Source: Gammaproteobacteria bacterium
GTDB lineage: Bacteria; Pseudomonadota; Gammaproteobacteria; Eutrophobiales; Eutrophobiaceae
Assembly: GCA_965243205.1 (NCBI GenBank)
Contig: CBDEUK010000002.1
Span: forward strand, 1,280,001-1,344,000
Reading direction: 5' to 3'
Length of the DNA: 64,000 bases
Shown: piece by piece, positions 1 to 8,874 of the stretch
How positions within the stretch are numbered: the stretch's first letter is position 1
Layout of the letters: the number at the start of each line of letters is the position of its first letter
Made by a program: the position numbers and the translations under genes
Notes under the pieces: generated by a model
What the model was told of the DNA's origin: nothing
The model's input: only the letters and a program-made list of their open reading frames with translations
Databases searched by the model: none

Positions 1-109
1 CAGCAATTTTTCTAAAAATGATACTTTCTTCTTTTCCCCTTTATGCTTAATGTTGGGCATTGCATTTGCAATATTATCAAAATATTAGATTTTTATTGGT
101 AAAATAAAA

Positions 110-841
110 ATGGTCAAAGCCTACAAATATTTCATTACAATGCCTTTAGTCAAATTTCTTATTTTACTATTAATATTGATCTCAGCTTCTGTACAAGCCG
201 ATTGTGTGATTTTACTTCATGGCCTTGCGCGCACATCTTCTTCAATGGAAAAAATAGCTAACGCACTTGAAGAGAAAAAATTCTCTGTTGTGAATGTTGA
301 TTACCCATCACGAAAGCATCCAATATCTGAACTAGCAACTATGGCCATCGAATCAGGACTTAAGGATTGTCCGCAAGATGGTAATAAACATTTTGTAACG
401 CATTCGCTAGGCGGGATTCTAATTCGACAATATCTTTCAAATAAAAAGATAAAGAACCTTGGGCGAGTTATTATGATAGCGCCACCTAATCAAGGCAGTG
501 AGGTAGTCGATAATTGGCGTAATGTTCCTGGTTTTAAAACACTTAATGGTCCTGCAGGTTTGCAACTGGGGACTGATAAAGAAAGCATTCCTCGTCAATT
601 AGGTCCTGTTGATTTTGAGGTCGGTATTATCGCGGGCAATACCACATTTAATCCAATATTATCATTATCACTTCCAAATCCAGACGATGGTAAAGTTTCT
701 GTAGAAAGTACTAAAGTAAAAGGCATGTCTGATTTTGTTGTGGTTCCTCATTCTCATCCTTTTATTATGCGTGCATCTATTGTCATAGAACATGTACTTT
801 CATTTTTAAAAACAGGTCGTTTTGTTCGCGATGAAAAATAA
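110..841 (+). CDS. Exported alpha/beta-fold hydrolase (lipase/esterase-like)
   Basis: Hydrophobic N-terminal signal (LLLILISASVQA), LLHGL oxyanion motif, nucleophile elbow THSLGG, DDGKV Asp and SHPF His; start may be the second Met. Confidence 0.8.
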   Translation: MVKAYKYFITMPLVKFLILLLILISASVQADCVILLHGLARTSSSMEKIANALEEKKFSVVNVDYPSRKHPISELATMAIESGLKDCPQDGNKHFVTHSLGGILIRQYLSNKKIKNLGRVIMIAPPNQGSEVVDNWRNVPGFKTLNGPAGLQLGTDKESIPRQLGPVDFEVGIIAGNTTFNPILSLSLPNPDDGKVSVESTKVKGMSDFVVVPHSHPFIMRASIVIEHVLSFLKTGRFVRDEK

Positions 842-1247
842 TACAAACTATGGAGTAAATGACAGCTCTTATAAAGCAGCAGGTGAATTAGTAGGTATCA
901 CTCAACTCGTGAATGTTTTTTATGATTATATGGATAGCCTGCCAGAAGCCAATAAAATTCGTCACATGCACCCTGATGATTTAACTGAATCACGTAAAAA
1001 ATTGACGTATTTTTTATGCGGTTGGATGGGAGGCCCAAGGTTGTTTTCAGAACATTATGGTCCTATTAATATTCCAAAATTCCATCAGTATTTAGAGATT
1101 GGTACTGCCGAACGTGATGCTTGGCTATTATGTATGGAAAAAGCGATTTCCGAACAACCTTATGAAGATTCTTTCAAGGAATACTTAATCGAGCAAATTC
1201 GAATTCCTGCAGAACGAGTTAGAGCAATGAGCCAATCCGAAGAATAA
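831..1247 (+). CDS. Group II truncated hemoglobin (2/2 globin)
   Basis: FYDYM, FLCGWMGGP, H..L.IG, ERDAWLLCM motifs; ATG at 831 overlaps the upstream gene's end. Confidence 0.85.
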   Translation: MKNNTNYGVNDSSYKAAGELVGITQLVNVFYDYMDSLPEANKIRHMHPDDLTESRKKLTYFLCGWMGGPRLFSEHYGPINIPKFHQYLEIGTAERDAWLLCMEKAISEQPYEDSFKEYLIEQIRIPAERVRAMSQSEE

Positions 1248-1256
1248 AGAACTTTT

Positions 1257-1634
1257 ATGATATTGAAAAATATACATATCATCTGTGCTTATGTAACTGG
1301 CATAGGTTTCTTATTACGCGGCATATTGTTATTAATGAATAGTCCACTAAGCAAACATCGTTTGACTAAGGTATTACCTCATATCATTGATATTTGTTTA
1401 TTGCTGAGTGGAATTACTATGGCTATCAGTCTTTCACTTTCTCCAAATAATCAACCTTGGCTAATGGCTAAATTAATCGCATTGTTTTTGTATATAGGAT
1501 TTGGGTTATTGATGATTCGTTATGGTAAGATTGACACACGAAAATGGATTGGATTAATTGGGGGCATGAGCATATATGTTTATATAGTTGGTGTAGCACA
1601 CAGTAAATCCATTTATTCTTTTTTATCATTGTAA
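1257..1634 (+). CDS. SirB2-family membrane protein
   Basis: Four hydrophobic segments with the PHIID.LLLSG and WL.AKL.AL..YI..G motifs. Confidence 0.8.
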   Translation: MILKNIHIICAYVTGIGFLLRGILLLMNSPLSKHRLTKVLPHIIDICLLLSGITMAISLSLSPNNQPWLMAKLIALFLYIGFGLLMIRYGKIDTRKWIGLIGGMSIYVYIVGVAHSKSIYSFLSL

Positions 1635-1654
1635 TAATTATTTTTTTGCACCTA

Positions 1655-3193
1655 CTAATTAAATAAACTCATCTGTTCATCTTTTTTCTTTGAAGTCTTT
1701 TTTCGTTTAACTGGACGCTTTCGGCTGCCGAGTTTTCGATATACTTTATTTGCTTTGTCACGAAAATCTTCCTGCGCTTTAACCTTGGCGATTTTTTCTT
1801 TGGCTAAGCGTATAGATTCAAGATGTTCAACAATAGGCATGGGGTAATCTTCGCCGATAATACAAGCTGCTTGTTGTTGTTCTAAACAATCCATCTTCCA
1901 AGGTTCATGAATCCATAGCTCTGAAACATTCTTTAATTCAGGCACCCATTTTCTAATAAAAACACCTTGTGGGTCATGCTCTTCAGATTGTTTTATCGGA
2001 TTATAAATACGTAAGGTATTAATCCCTGTCACCCCCGATTGCATTTGTAACTGGCTATAATGAATACCTGGTTCATAGTCGGTAAACAGTTTTGCTAAGT
2101 GATAACCTGTCTTACGCCAATCCAACCACAATTGATAACTGGCAAAACTCACTAACATAGCGCGCATACGAAACGTAATCCAACCTTCATGAATTAAATT
2201 ACGCATGCAAGCATCGATCATAGGATAACCTGTGTTACCAGTTGCCCAAGCTTGATAATAGGCTTCGTTATGCTCTGTTTCTCGCATGCCTTCATATGCA
2301 GGATGCATACATTCATATTCAATAGAGGGTTGGTCTTCTATTTTTTGAATAAAATGACAACGCCATGATAAACGTGAATAAAATGCAGAGTAATGACGCT
2401 TCCATTGTTTAAACTCTTGTTCATCCAATTGCTCTGCGCGATTTTCAGTCGACCTTAATATTTCTTTTACTGAGAGTGTTCCCCATGCTAAATGCGGTGA
2501 TAACCGAGAACAATGAATTTCTGAGGCACCCGGCGCTGATAATCGATATAAATACTCTTTACCTCTTACTTCCAAGAACGACTTTAACGTTTGAATAGCC
2601 GCTCTCCTACCGCCTTCTTGAACTATACCCGGTACAGCATTACCAAACATCGAAGCATCTTTTGATGGCACTTCGCCTAACGGTATTTCTTGAACAGACT
2701 TTAATTGATTAGGTTTTACTATTAATGGTTCTTCCATACGTTTATTACGTATCTTTGACCAATCATCACGATTTTTTAGTCGCCTGACTACTCCGTTGGT
2801 TGGAGATTCATTGAAATGTATTTTATTTTCATGACACCATTTAATAACACGTTTATCTCTTTCAAACGTCCAACCATTACCGTTTTCTTCATGTGCAAAA
2901 ATTTGCTTGATTTCAAATTGTGATATTAATGATTCAAACACTTCAATAACATCTCCTACTCGTATCACCAATGACTGTCCTAATTCTGCGCAGTCATTAC
3001 GTAATTCAACTAAACAATCATGGATAAAACACCAATGTCGTCTAGAAGCAAACGATTGTTGCCAATATTCAGGTTCAACAATATATAACGGTAAGGTTGG
3101 GAGTTTAGATTGAGAAGCAGAATATAAAGGAACATGATCATGTATTCGTAGATCACGTTTAAACCAAACAATGTTAATTTGATTTTTACTCAT
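1655..3193 (-). CDS. DNA photolyase/cryptochrome family FAD-binding protein
   Basis: [12 protein letters not shown]-terminus, [53 protein letters not shown]. Confidence 0.9.
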   Translation of the reverse strand: MSKNQINIVWFKRDLRIHDHVPLYSASQSKLPTLPLYIVEPEYWQQSFASRRHWCFIHDCLVELRNDCAELGQSLVIRVGDVIEVFESLISQFEIKQIFAHEENGNGWTFERDKRVIKWCHENKIHFNESPTNGVVRRLKNRDDWSKIRNKRMEEPLIVKPNQLKSVQEIPLGEVPSKDASMFGNAVPGIVQEGGRRAAIQTLKSFLEVRGKEYLYRLSAPGASEIHCSRLSPHLAWGTLSVKEILRSTENRAEQLDEQEFKQWKRHYSAFYSRLSWRCHFIQKIEDQPSIEYECMHPAYEGMRETEHNEAYYQAWATGNTGYPMIDACMRNLIHEGWITFRMRAMLVSFASYQLWLDWRKTGYHLAKLFTDYEPGIHYSQLQMQSGVTGINTLRIYNPIKQSEEHDPQGVFIRKWVPELKNVSELWIHEPWKMDCLEQQQAACIIGEDYPMPIVEHLESIRLAKEKIAKVKAQEDFRDKANKVYRKLGSRKRPVKRKKTSKKKDEQMSLFN

Positions 3194-3330
3194 ACTGTTT
3201 TTTTATTCGTTCGCCTACAACGTTCTGAACAGTATTTCACGTCACTCCATACCTTTGCCCACTTTTTACGCCAAGCAAAAGGTCTTTCACACACAACACA
3301 AATCTTACTGGGTAAATTAGACTTCTTCAT
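3190..3330 (-). CDS. DUF2256-family small Cys-rich protein (46 aa, not in ORF track)
   Basis: Manual translation [46 protein letters not shown]; CxxC...YCSxRC; overlaps both neighbouring photolyase genes. Confidence 0.9.
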   Translation of the reverse strand: MKKSNLPSKICVVCERPFAWRKKWAKVWSDVKYCSERCRRTNKKTV

Positions 3331-4852
3331 GATTATCCAATGCATTAAAGAATGATTTGCTATCTTGTTTGATCATTTTAATTTTTTCGACATCCATTCG
3401 ATCGAGTGTTTTATAAATCATGGCTAACCGCTGATTGGTTTTTAATTTAGCACGATTGCGAATCAGAAAATCCCAATACAAATAATTGAATGGACAAGCA
3501 TCATGACCATTTTTTCGAGTCACGCTATATTCACAGGATTTACAATAATCCGACATTTTATTGATATAAGCACCACTGGCAGCATATGGCTTTGAACCTA
3601 ATAATCCTTTATCCGCAAATAAAATCATGCCTGTCACATTAGGCATTTCAACCCATTCAAAGGCATCGGCATAGACAATTAAATACCATTCATTAACTTC
3701 ATCAGGATGTATCCCTGTTATTAACGCAAAATTGCCTAACACCATTAAACGTTGGATATGATGAGCGTATGCATTTTCTTTGGTTTCTTTAACGCATTGC
3801 TTAAGGCAATTCATTTTAGTATGGCTACCCCAATATAAGTCAGGAAGCTTGCGTTGAGAATTAAGAAAGTTTTCTTGCTTATACTCAGGCATTTTTAACC
3901 AATAGATACCTCGGACGTATTCACGCCAGCCAAGTATTTGTCGAATAAAACCTTCAACTGCATTCAGTGGTGCGGTCCCATCATGATAAGCCTGCTCAGC
4001 TTTTTCAATACATTCCATTGGCAAAAGTAAGCCGCAGTTCAAATAGAAACTTAAATGACTGTGATATAACCAGGACTCACCCTGCAGCATTGCATCTTGA
4101 TAATCACCAAAATTCACTAATCGTTGTTGAATAAATTGATTCAAGGCTTTTAATGCTTGTTTTCTAGTTACTGCAAAATGAAATGGTTCTAGATCACCAA
4201 AATGATCTGAAAACTTATTTGAAACTAACTTTATAACCTGTTGTGTAATAGCATCAGGTTTAGCGCTGTATGTTTTGGGAATATCGAATTCTGTTTTAAT
4301 GGGTTTTCTATTGTCACTGTCATAATTCCATTTACCACCAATAGGTTTATCACCTTCTATTAATATTGAATATTTTTTTCGCATCTCTCGATAAAAATAT
4401 TCCATGCGTAACTGTTTACGATCTTTGGCCCAAGTTTGAAATTCTTTATGTGTGCAAAGAAATCTCGAATCAGATCGAATATCTACAGGAATTTTAAACG
4501 CCTCGCTCCATGATTCTATATCTTTAAGAACTCTGTATTCTCCAGGTTCAGTAATAATAATCTTCTCAGGTTTATATTGTTTTATCGCACGTTCGACTTC
4601 ACCATAAAACGAACCTGAATTATCTTTATCATCTAATTTTATATATTGAACTCGAAAACCTTTATTTAATAATTCTTCACAAAAATGTCGCATCGCTGAA
4701 AATAAAAAAGCAATTTTCTTTTTATGATGTTTAACATAAGAAACTTCTTGATTAACTTCACACATCAAAATCAGGTCATCCGCTTTATCAATAGAAGATA
4801 AACTGGATATGTTTAAATTGAGCTGATCGCCCAAAATGACGTGTAAATTCAT
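3317..4852 (-). CDS. FeS-BCP cryptochrome/(6-4) photolyase (PhrB/CryB type)
   Basis: LGDQL start, HHKKKI, RMEYFYREMR, GGKWNYD..NR, FGDYQDAM, YAHHIQRLM, KPYAASGAYINKMSDYCKSC...CPFNYLYW with 4Fe-4S Cys. Confidence 0.92.
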   Translation of the reverse strand: MNLHVILGDQLNLNISSLSSIDKADDLILMCEVNQEVSYVKHHKKKIAFLFSAMRHFCEELLNKGFRVQYIKLDDKDNSGSFYGEVERAIKQYKPEKIIITEPGEYRVLKDIESWSEAFKIPVDIRSDSRFLCTHKEFQTWAKDRKQLRMEYFYREMRKKYSILIEGDKPIGGKWNYDSDNRKPIKTEFDIPKTYSAKPDAITQQVIKLVSNKFSDHFGDLEPFHFAVTRKQALKALNQFIQQRLVNFGDYQDAMLQGESWLYHSHLSFYLNCGLLLPMECIEKAEQAYHDGTAPLNAVEGFIRQILGWREYVRGIYWLKMPEYKQENFLNSQRKLPDLYWGSHTKMNCLKQCVKETKENAYAHHIQRLMVLGNFALITGIHPDEVNEWYLIVYADAFEWVEMPNVTGMILFADKGLLGSKPYAASGAYINKMSDYCKSCEYSVTRKNGHDACPFNYLYWDFLIRNRAKLKTNQRLAMIYKTLDRMDVEKIKMIKQDSKSFFNALDNHEEV

Positions 4853-4869
4853 CGGTTAGATACTGTATC

Positions 4870-4903
4870 TATTTATACTAAAAATGAAGGTTTAGTATAA
4901 ATA
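4870..4903. promoter_or_regulatory. Perfect 13-bp inverted repeat, candidate operator of the photolyase operon
   Basis: TATTTATACTAAA-N8-TTTAGTATAAATA, about 18 bp upstream of the 4852 start. Confidence 0.5.
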
Positions 4904-5002
4904 TCAAGCTCAGACAACTTAAATTAACTGCCTTAATGTCTAATACAGAATAGTTGGAAACAGTTGAGGAATTAACTAAAACAAAAAATTAAGAGAAATA
5001 GT

Positions 5003-5731
5003 TTATAGCTTCTTTTTATAAGCCAGCGCAAAAAGACTACTAATAAATAACCAAAATGCTGCTGGAACAGGAATTGGTGCTGGAGAAACTTCAAGGCCTA
5101 AAATTTTATAAGCATCTTCAGGACTGTTAATGTCAGCACCTGTTAATAATAAATACTGTCCAGTACCGCTTAACAGATGTGTAAATGGATTAAAACTACG
5201 ACTGGTGTATTTAATTGTAGAATCACCAAAAATACCATCTAAGTCATCAAAACCTAATATAGTTAAATCGGGTAGAGTGTTACCTATCCAATACTGAATA
5301 TCACGATCATTAATATTGTCGTTCCGACTATTTTTATAGGGATCAACAGTAATTGACTCAAACTCAACAGCTTGATCAAATTCAAACACAATTAAATCTT
5401 TATCAGCAACCGTATCAATCTCGTGCTCACTGTAGACACAGCCATTGCCGATGGTACCTTCAGATTGATTACACACACCAAGACCAACATTCCAACTGTA
5501 TACTTCAGCTGTTTCGAATAAAGGATTATTATTCGTACCACCTGTTTCACCATAGCCAGTCACTGTTACACCAATACCATCAGAAGAAAATTCTAAAGAG
5601 TTACCATAACCACCGCCATTGGCGCCTTCATAACGCAGATCAATCATCGCAGCGTTTGTTTGAATTGAATAAAGGAATACTGACAACAAGCTTCCTAAAA
5701 AGAAGCTATTTGATAAAGACATCTCATCCAC
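5003..5731 (-). CDS. PEP-CTERM/VPLPA-CTERM sorting-domain surface protein
   Basis: N-terminal signal; acidic Gly/Asn-rich body; C-terminal IPVPAAFWLF + hydrophobic helix + KKK. Confidence 0.8.
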   Translation of the reverse strand: MDEMSLSNSFFLGSLLSVFLYSIQTNAAMIDLRYEGANGGGYGNSLEFSSDGIGVTVTGYGETGGTNNNPLFETAEVYSWNVGLGVCNQSEGTIGNGCVYSEHEIDTVADKDLIVFEFDQAVEFESITVDPYKNSRNDNINDRDIQYWIGNTLPDLTILGFDDLDGIFGDSTIKYTSRSFNPFTHLLSGTGQYLLLTGADINSPEDAYKILGLEVSPAPIPVPAAFWLFISSLFALAYKKKL

Positions 5732-5919
5732 CCCAGGATTACATAGAAATTGTATTAATCTTTTAATTGTATTTATTTAGTGATTAATTTTTTCATACAT
5801 GAATGACATAAGCATTACACTATTGGCTAAAAATTAATCATTCTGTATAAATTCTATACATTTTAAGGAATTTAGTGAAAATTATCTTAGGAAAATTTCC
5901 CGATAAAAATGATAGGTAA

Positions 5920-6246
5920 CTAATTGATTGTTTTTTTGACGGCTTGGACTAGCACCCAAGGTTTGACAACGACAGACCAAATATCTTCTTTTGATTCTGC
6001 CCAGTGCGCAGCCTGTTCATCGAAACTTCTTAAAATTTTTCCTTGTTCGATCCATTGTTCCACTTGTTGAGTATTATCTTCTGATAAGTGATAGGCCACT
6101 TTTATGAGATCGAGTTCAGGGTGAACATAAATCATCATGCCTTTGGCATAAAACAATTCAATCTCCTTCCAAACAACCTTGGCTGTTTCTGCATGGATTT
6201 TAAATTTTTCTTCGGCTTCGACTTGTTGGAGTTCTTCTTCTAGCAT
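5920..6246 (-). CDS. DUF2288-family protein
   Basis: ETAKV.W.E...[21 protein letters not shown] signature. Confidence 0.8.
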   Translation of the reverse strand: MLEEELQQVEAEEKFKIHAETAKVVWKEIELFYAKGMMIYVHPELDLIKVAYHLSEDNTQQVEQWIEQGKILRSFDEQAAHWAESKEDIWSVVVKPWVLVQAVKKTIN

Positions 6247-7282
6247 ATGTATTCTTTTTTTGTTCTGTATCTTTTTTTACAGTATTACCTTCAGTATTTT
6301 CAATTTTTTCTGTTTTATCTTTTACTTTTCCAACTTCGGTATTACCAGCTGCTTGTAAATCAGCGTGATACGAAGAACGTACCATAGGACCACTAGCAAC
6401 ATTGATAAAACCAATCTCTTTCGCATAATCTCCTAGTTCATCAAATTCTTCAGGAGAAACGAAACGTTCAACTGGCAAATGGAAACGACTTGGCTGTAAA
6501 TACTGACCTAAGGTAATACCATCGCAATTATGCGCTCTTAAATCTTGCATCACTTGTTTTACTTCTTCGATAGTTTCACCTAAGCCTAACATCAAACCGG
6601 ATTTTGTGGGTACAGTCGGATGTTGTACTTTAAACGCTTGAATCAAATTTAACGACCATTGGTAATCCGCACCCGGCCTCACTTTACGATACAGTGAAGG
6701 AACTGACTCAAGATTATGATTAAACACATCAGGTGGTTCTTTTTCTAATGCTGCTAAAGCAGGCTCTAACCGCTTTCGAAAATCCGGAACTAATATCTCA
6801 ACGGTAATACCTGGTGATGCTTTTCGAACTTCATGTATACATTGTGCAAAATGATTCGCACCACCATCTTTTAAGTCATCTCGATCAACTGATGTAATTA
6901 CCACATATTTTAATTTCATCAATTGAATTGCTGTTGCTAGATTAACTGGTTCATCTTTATCTAATGCATTTGGTCTACCATGTGCTACATCACAGAACGG
7001 ACAACGACGAGTACATAAATCACCCATGATCATAAAAGTTGCAGTGCCATGGCCAAAACATTCACCTAGGTTTGGGCATGCGGCTTCTTCACAGACAGTA
7101 TGAAGTTTTTTTTCTCGAATTAATTGTTTAAGTTCTAAAACTTTAGGATCAGTTGGTGCTTTAGCGCGGATCCAAGTCGGCTTACGTTTTAAAGGCCCTT
7201 CAGTCGGCATAACTTTATTTGGCTTAGCCGTTTTAAGCTCGCCGCGTTGCTCGCGTGTCGGTGTATTTTCTGTATGGTTCAT
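6200..7282 (-). CDS. lipA: Lipoyl synthase
   Basis: [22 protein letters not shown] radical-SAM motif, RSSYHA. Confidence 0.97.
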   Translation of the reverse strand: MNHTENTPTREQRGELKTAKPNKVMPTEGPLKRKPTWIRAKAPTDPKVLELKQLIREKKLHTVCEEAACPNLGECFGHGTATFMIMGDLCTRRCPFCDVAHGRPNALDKDEPVNLATAIQLMKLKYVVITSVDRDDLKDGGANHFAQCIHEVRKASPGITVEILVPDFRKRLEPALAALEKEPPDVFNHNLESVPSLYRKVRPGADYQWSLNLIQAFKVQHPTVPTKSGLMLGLGETIEEVKQVMQDLRAHNCDGITLGQYLQPSRFHLPVERFVSPEEFDELGDYAKEIGFINVASGPMVRSSYHADLQAAGNTEVGKVKDKTEKIENTEGNTVKKDTEQKKNTYARRRTPTSRSRRKI

Positions 7283-7935
7283 GCGACGGCTAGTGAAATA
7301 GATTTTTTAATAGTACTTAAGTTTAGATCCAATTCTTCCATAATAAACGGTAAGAACTTATCAGCCACTTCTTGTACTGAATCATTAATTGAGAATTGTT
7401 TTAACTGAGTTACTTCTAAACCTTCATAACCACATGGGTTAATACCCTTAAAAGGTGACAAATCCATATTCACATTTAAAGCTAAACCATGGTAACAATA
7501 GCCGCGTTTAATACGTATTCCTAAAGCGGATATTTTTTTCTGATTAATATAGACACCAGGTGCGTTATCTTTTCGTTCAGCAAGTAACCCATATTCTTTA
7601 GCAAGCAAATCGATCACTGTTTGTTCTAAACTATTTACAAAACCTTTGACAGTAAAACCAAGACGTTTCAAATCCAGTAAAAAATAGAACACCAGTTGTC
7701 CAGGACCATGATAGGTTACTTGACCACCACGATCGGATTGTACAACGGGAATCGAATTTGTATTTAACACATGCTCTTTTTTACCGTTCAGACCTAAGGT
7801 ATAAACAGGTAAATGCTCAACCATCCAAATTTGATCCGTTGAATGTTCATCTCGCTCTTGAGTAAAATCCTGCATTGCCTGAAAACAGGTTTCATAATCT
7901 TGAAGACCGAGTTGATGAATTTCGATTGGATTCAT
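7279..7935 (-). CDS. lipB: Lipoyl(octanoyl) transferase
   Basis: [38 protein letters not shown]. Confidence 0.97.
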   Translation of the reverse strand: MNPIEIHQLGLQDYETCFQAMQDFTQERDEHSTDQIWMVEHLPVYTLGLNGKKEHVLNTNSIPVVQSDRGGQVTYHGPGQLVFYFLLDLKRLGFTVKGFVNSLEQTVIDLLAKEYGLLAERKDNAPGVYINQKKISALGIRIKRGYCYHGLALNVNMDLSPFKGINPCGYEGLEVTQLKQFSINDSVQEVADKFLPFIMEELDLNLSTIKKSISLAVA

Positions 7936-8219
7936 ATCGCCATGATGACCCGTTCGTGGCCAGATAATTCAATGTAGATATTATCCAATTGTTGTTTACT
8001 GGTTGCTTCAATCGTTACTGTAACCGAAAGATACTTTCCTCCATTACTAGAACGTGTTTTCACCGAGCCTTCCATCAAGTCAGTAACATGATTACGAATG
8101 ATGCCGACCACTAAAGAATCGAAATCATCTGAAGCCTTGCCCATTGCCTTAATCGGAAATTGGCAAGGGAATTCCATAATAGTTTCTTCTTCTGTGGATT
8201 GATTCATTTCTTCAGTCAT
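7932..8219 (-). CDS. ybeD: YbeD/DUF493-family protein
   Basis: EFPCQFPIKAMG, SSNGGKYLSVTV, QLDNIY.EL; upstream of lipB; start moved to ATG 8219. Confidence 0.88.
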   Translation of the reverse strand: MTEEMNQSTEEETIMEFPCQFPIKAMGKASDDFDSLVVGIIRNHVTDLMEGSVKTRSSNGGKYLSVTVTIEATSKQQLDNIYIELSGHERVIMAI

Positions 8220-8278
8220 ATTAACGTAGTTATCTTTAAACAAATTATTAGGCATTATAATAGCCGACTCATTAAGAC

Positions 8279-8782
8279 ATGACACTTAAATCTAATCAAA
8301 CCCTGTCTGATTTAAAGGCCATCGATGCAAAGCCAGGCACACTCGAATGGATAGGCATTCGCCCTGCTCGCAAAGCTGAGCTGCAAAGCCTGAGCCAAGT
8401 AGAATTAATTGCAGATTATGGCCTAAGTGGTGACCATCGAGCCCAGAAACAAGGCTCAAAACGCCAAATTACCCTAATTCAATACGAATATCTGGCAGTC
8501 ATCGCTCAAATTCTTGGCAAAACATCGATAGATCCAATTTTACTGCGCCGTAACTGTGCCATATCAGGAATTAATGTGAATAGCTTACGCGACCAAATTT
8601 TCACTATTGGCGATATCGTTCTAGAAGGCACAGGCTACTGTCATCCATGTTCCAGAATGGAAGAAAATTTAGGCCCAGGAGGTTATAACGCTGTTCGAGG
8701 TCATGGTGGTATTAATGCCAAAATTTTAACCAGTGGTACCATTTCTATTGGCGATTCAGTCATTCGACAAAATAACGAATAA
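8279..8782 (+). CDS. MOSC-domain protein
   Basis: GL.GD, RQITLIQ.E, LRRN...SG, C.PCSRM, RGHGGI.A.I...G.I..GD. Confidence 0.88.
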   Translation: MTLKSNQTLSDLKAIDAKPGTLEWIGIRPARKAELQSLSQVELIADYGLSGDHRAQKQGSKRQITLIQYEYLAVIAQILGKTSIDPILLRRNCAISGINVNSLRDQIFTIGDIVLEGTGYCHPCSRMEENLGPGGYNAVRGHGGINAKILTSGTISIGDSVIRQNNE

Positions 8783-8874
8783 ACCTAATCAAATCGCCAT
8801 AAACACAGCAAGCAGTTTGCTTTATAATAGCCCCATAACTATTACAAACGCTAAAGTTGCACGACGTTATTTTT

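Noticed and set aside
1-60. Minus-strand ATG-initiated frame open to the window edge (MPNIKHKGEKKKVSFLEKLL)
   Set aside because: Could be the 5' end of a divergent gene, but only 20 codons are visible and there is no recognisable motif
4853-5002. LexA (SOS) box upstream of the photolyases
   Set aside because: No CTGT-N8-ACAG spacing found
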